DNA of 63,997 nucleotides, counting the filler, from Dimargaris cristalligena (Eukaryota): NCBI GenBank assembly GCA_003614675.1. It is 7 parts of 7 records of this genome, joined end to end, with 100 filler letters (N's around TTAATTAATTAA, not from the genome) between each part and the next. Parts side by side here need not be neighbours in the genome. Positions count along the whole stretch, not along the records: positions 55,018 to 63,997 come from ML003293.1; 6 more parts are not named here. The stretch is one strand, 5' to 3'. The position numbers and the translations under genes were made by a program. The notes under the pieces are model-generated. The model did no database searches. It saw only the letters and a list, made by a program, of their open reading frames with translations, and was not told the DNA's origin. Position 1 is the stretch's first letter. Each line of letters begins with the position of its first letter. Positions 61,678 to 63,997 of this stretch are shown here, one piece after another.

Positions 61678-63997
61678 GTCAGTACGGAGCAGGGGTAAAA
61701 ATTCAATGGGTAATGCGGAAAGTAAAAAGGTGATGTCGGCAGTAAATAAAATGCAATCTGAAGGGTGAGTTGGCGGTAAATGTAGTTTACTGGTGTAAAA
61801 ATAGTTACAAGCCTTGGATGAAGTTGGATGAAGAGAGTAATTGTTTACTGGTATTTATGTAAATGTGATCCAATTCGCCAGAGTCAAGCAGCCAATATGA
61901 TATTCCAAACATCACCAGGAAATGTCAGAAAGGGGTCACTTTGTAAGTAGGCAACGGGACCAACAGCCTACACACGTAAAGAGGAATGCCTGCCACGAAT
62001 CCAAACATTGGAAGGGAAATGAATGTAGTGGACGGCACACTATCTGACATGTCACTCGGGTAAAGCTCAACTTCCAAATGGGGTTTACTATATTTGATGC
62101 ATGTTGCCTTTGTTCTACAGAATAAATTGTCAACTCGAGCTCATTGAGGCGTCGCTCTCAACAATCGACGATCTTCGAAGCCGGCAATGCATTGGTTGTA
62201 ATTCGTTTCATTACATGGTCGAGTCATCAGAGCGAGAATTCAGCTACTTGAATAGATACGTAAGGGAGTAGGATGATAATGTAAAGCCCCATTGAAAGTA
62301 GATCGTTATAATTAATCCGCCAGTCTCTATGTTTCAGAAGTTGGTTGGACTGCTGCTCCGGCCTTACTATACAGTTAGATGTTCGGTGCTTGGAAGTCAT
62401 CGCTCATTTTCACAGTATCTTGAGGGATATTCTGGTTCTAACCATTAGTTGATAGCCGCACTATACAGACCCCCGGGTCACAACCAAGTGAACGCTATAT
62501 AAATATATTGGTCGAATTCTATTGCCCCTTTTTCCAACGAAGTCCGTACACTGCTTCCATCTGTCTGAAATAATTTACCGTCAAAAGTAGCTTAAATTAT
62601 CTAACAAGTCGGCAATGTACTGTTACTGTTATATTGACTATCTATAGTAGGTACTGAGTTATCTAGCGGCAGATTCTCCCTAATATGGAATATACAGTAT
62701 CGGCCAATAGGAATAGCCTTTGGGATAACCATAGTACCCGGCCTGGGACCAATAATGTACTTATACTGGTGCCCCCGCCCCCTCCATGGATCTTGGAGGT
62801 TCCCTTTATTTTATAGTTCAGTACACATTATTTGGTATACTAATAAATCATTTATAAACGTTACAGTACAAAAAAATGCTTCCCAGAAGAACAAGCTAGC
62901 CATTGGTTGTGTTTGGAAACCAGCAATGTCTAGTCAGCAGCTTTAAGCTACATTGAGGTATTACTCACCAGACCTAGATAATTTTTATTTTTGTTGGGTA
63001 GATAGTATTAAGCCGGACTGCCAACCTGATGTCCCCCCGGCCTAGAGCCTTCGGGTCGTTGCCATACAAATTACGTTGATTGCTTGAAAAACGGGAAGTA
63101 ATCTCTATATCCCTGTTATTATTAAAGCGGGACTGTTAACAAAAAGTTGCTGAAAGAAAGGGTATGCCAAGTCTACATTATCCGGTGCCCTTTAATTAAT
63201 TATTCCTACTCCCGTCTATACCGACATTTGAAGAGACCAAAAGTACAGGGACAAGTAGCTGTTGTTAGTTCCACTGCTAAGCGTATATTCTGCGCCCATT
63301 GATAGGACACAGGCTCTAAAATAGTGAAGAAAGACCGTCCCGCTAGTAGAATGTGCCCCCATCCCAATTTTATGAATACGGAGAAAATTACATTAGTAAG
63401 TGTATAATAGAAAAACGGCTGGGTGGTGTAGGCAATCTAACCTATTGCCCTAGTTTGACGTATACTGGGGCGCACTGCACTCGGATATTTTAAAATCCGG
63501 GAAGACGTGCCCCCCCCCCAAACAGGTTCTACTTATTTTAAAGGGACATAATACCCAATGATATTAATGATAGTCCGCCCCAATCTTTACACACTTCCAA
63601 ATAAAACTTTATTTGCCAATTATCAATGCATACCTGTAACATAATTTTCAGACCAGCTATTGAATTTATACATGTCACCACGAGCACTTGGAATAGTTCC
63701 AGAGCCAAATTGCGAAGGCGGTGCAATAAACTCCAGTGATTAGTGGAATGGCAGACACCAAGTATTACACTGAGCTGACACGGAGAAACGGAAAGGAGAA
63801 TGGTCTGGATGGCCATATTAGAATTGAGTCTATAGAACTGTGAATTCGTGACCTGAGGTGTCCTATCGCGTTGGCTAGTTTACTAAACCTACACTTACGC
63901 TTTCGAAATCTAATTCCTCTAAAAACAATTATATATTTAAGTCACACCATTCATATAAGCACAGTTTTACGGTTACAAGAAATATCAACTCCGAACA

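Overview
This is eukaryotic DNA, almost certainly fungal. An early-diverging lineage such as Zoopagomycota is an inference from the gene content. The window is not contiguous: it holds seven ~9-kb contigs, sorted by decreasing length and joined by artificial 100-bp N44-TTAATTAATTAA-N44 linkers (9107, 18310, 27496, 36647, 45797, 54918), so adjacency across linkers has no biological meaning. Recognisable genes are cobalamin-independent methionine synthase (MET6), an 8-exon ZGRF1-like DUF2439/Upf1-type helicase, the C-terminal part of APC4, a mitochondrial PPR-like protein, a LEA_2/TMEM106-like membrane protein, a Pro-rich protein with a Cys-rich CaaX tail and a truncated tRNA-Ala(AGC). The remaining sequence holds several orphan secreted-protein genes and pseudogenes, three solo-LTR families and a dispersed 136-bp MITE-like family flanked by ATAT (about 10 copies). 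The best leads are: (i) a pair of highly diverged two-exon orphan paralogs with identical intron position and a possible Tudor/chromo-barrel-like pattern; (ii) the 136-bp GRG...CYC/ATAT element; (iii) kilobase-scale CpG-free repeat islands with CpA->TpA-type damage; (iv) a disrupted gene joining a signal-peptide-like segment to C2H2 zinc fingers. No CRISPR array or other prokaryote-type system is supported.
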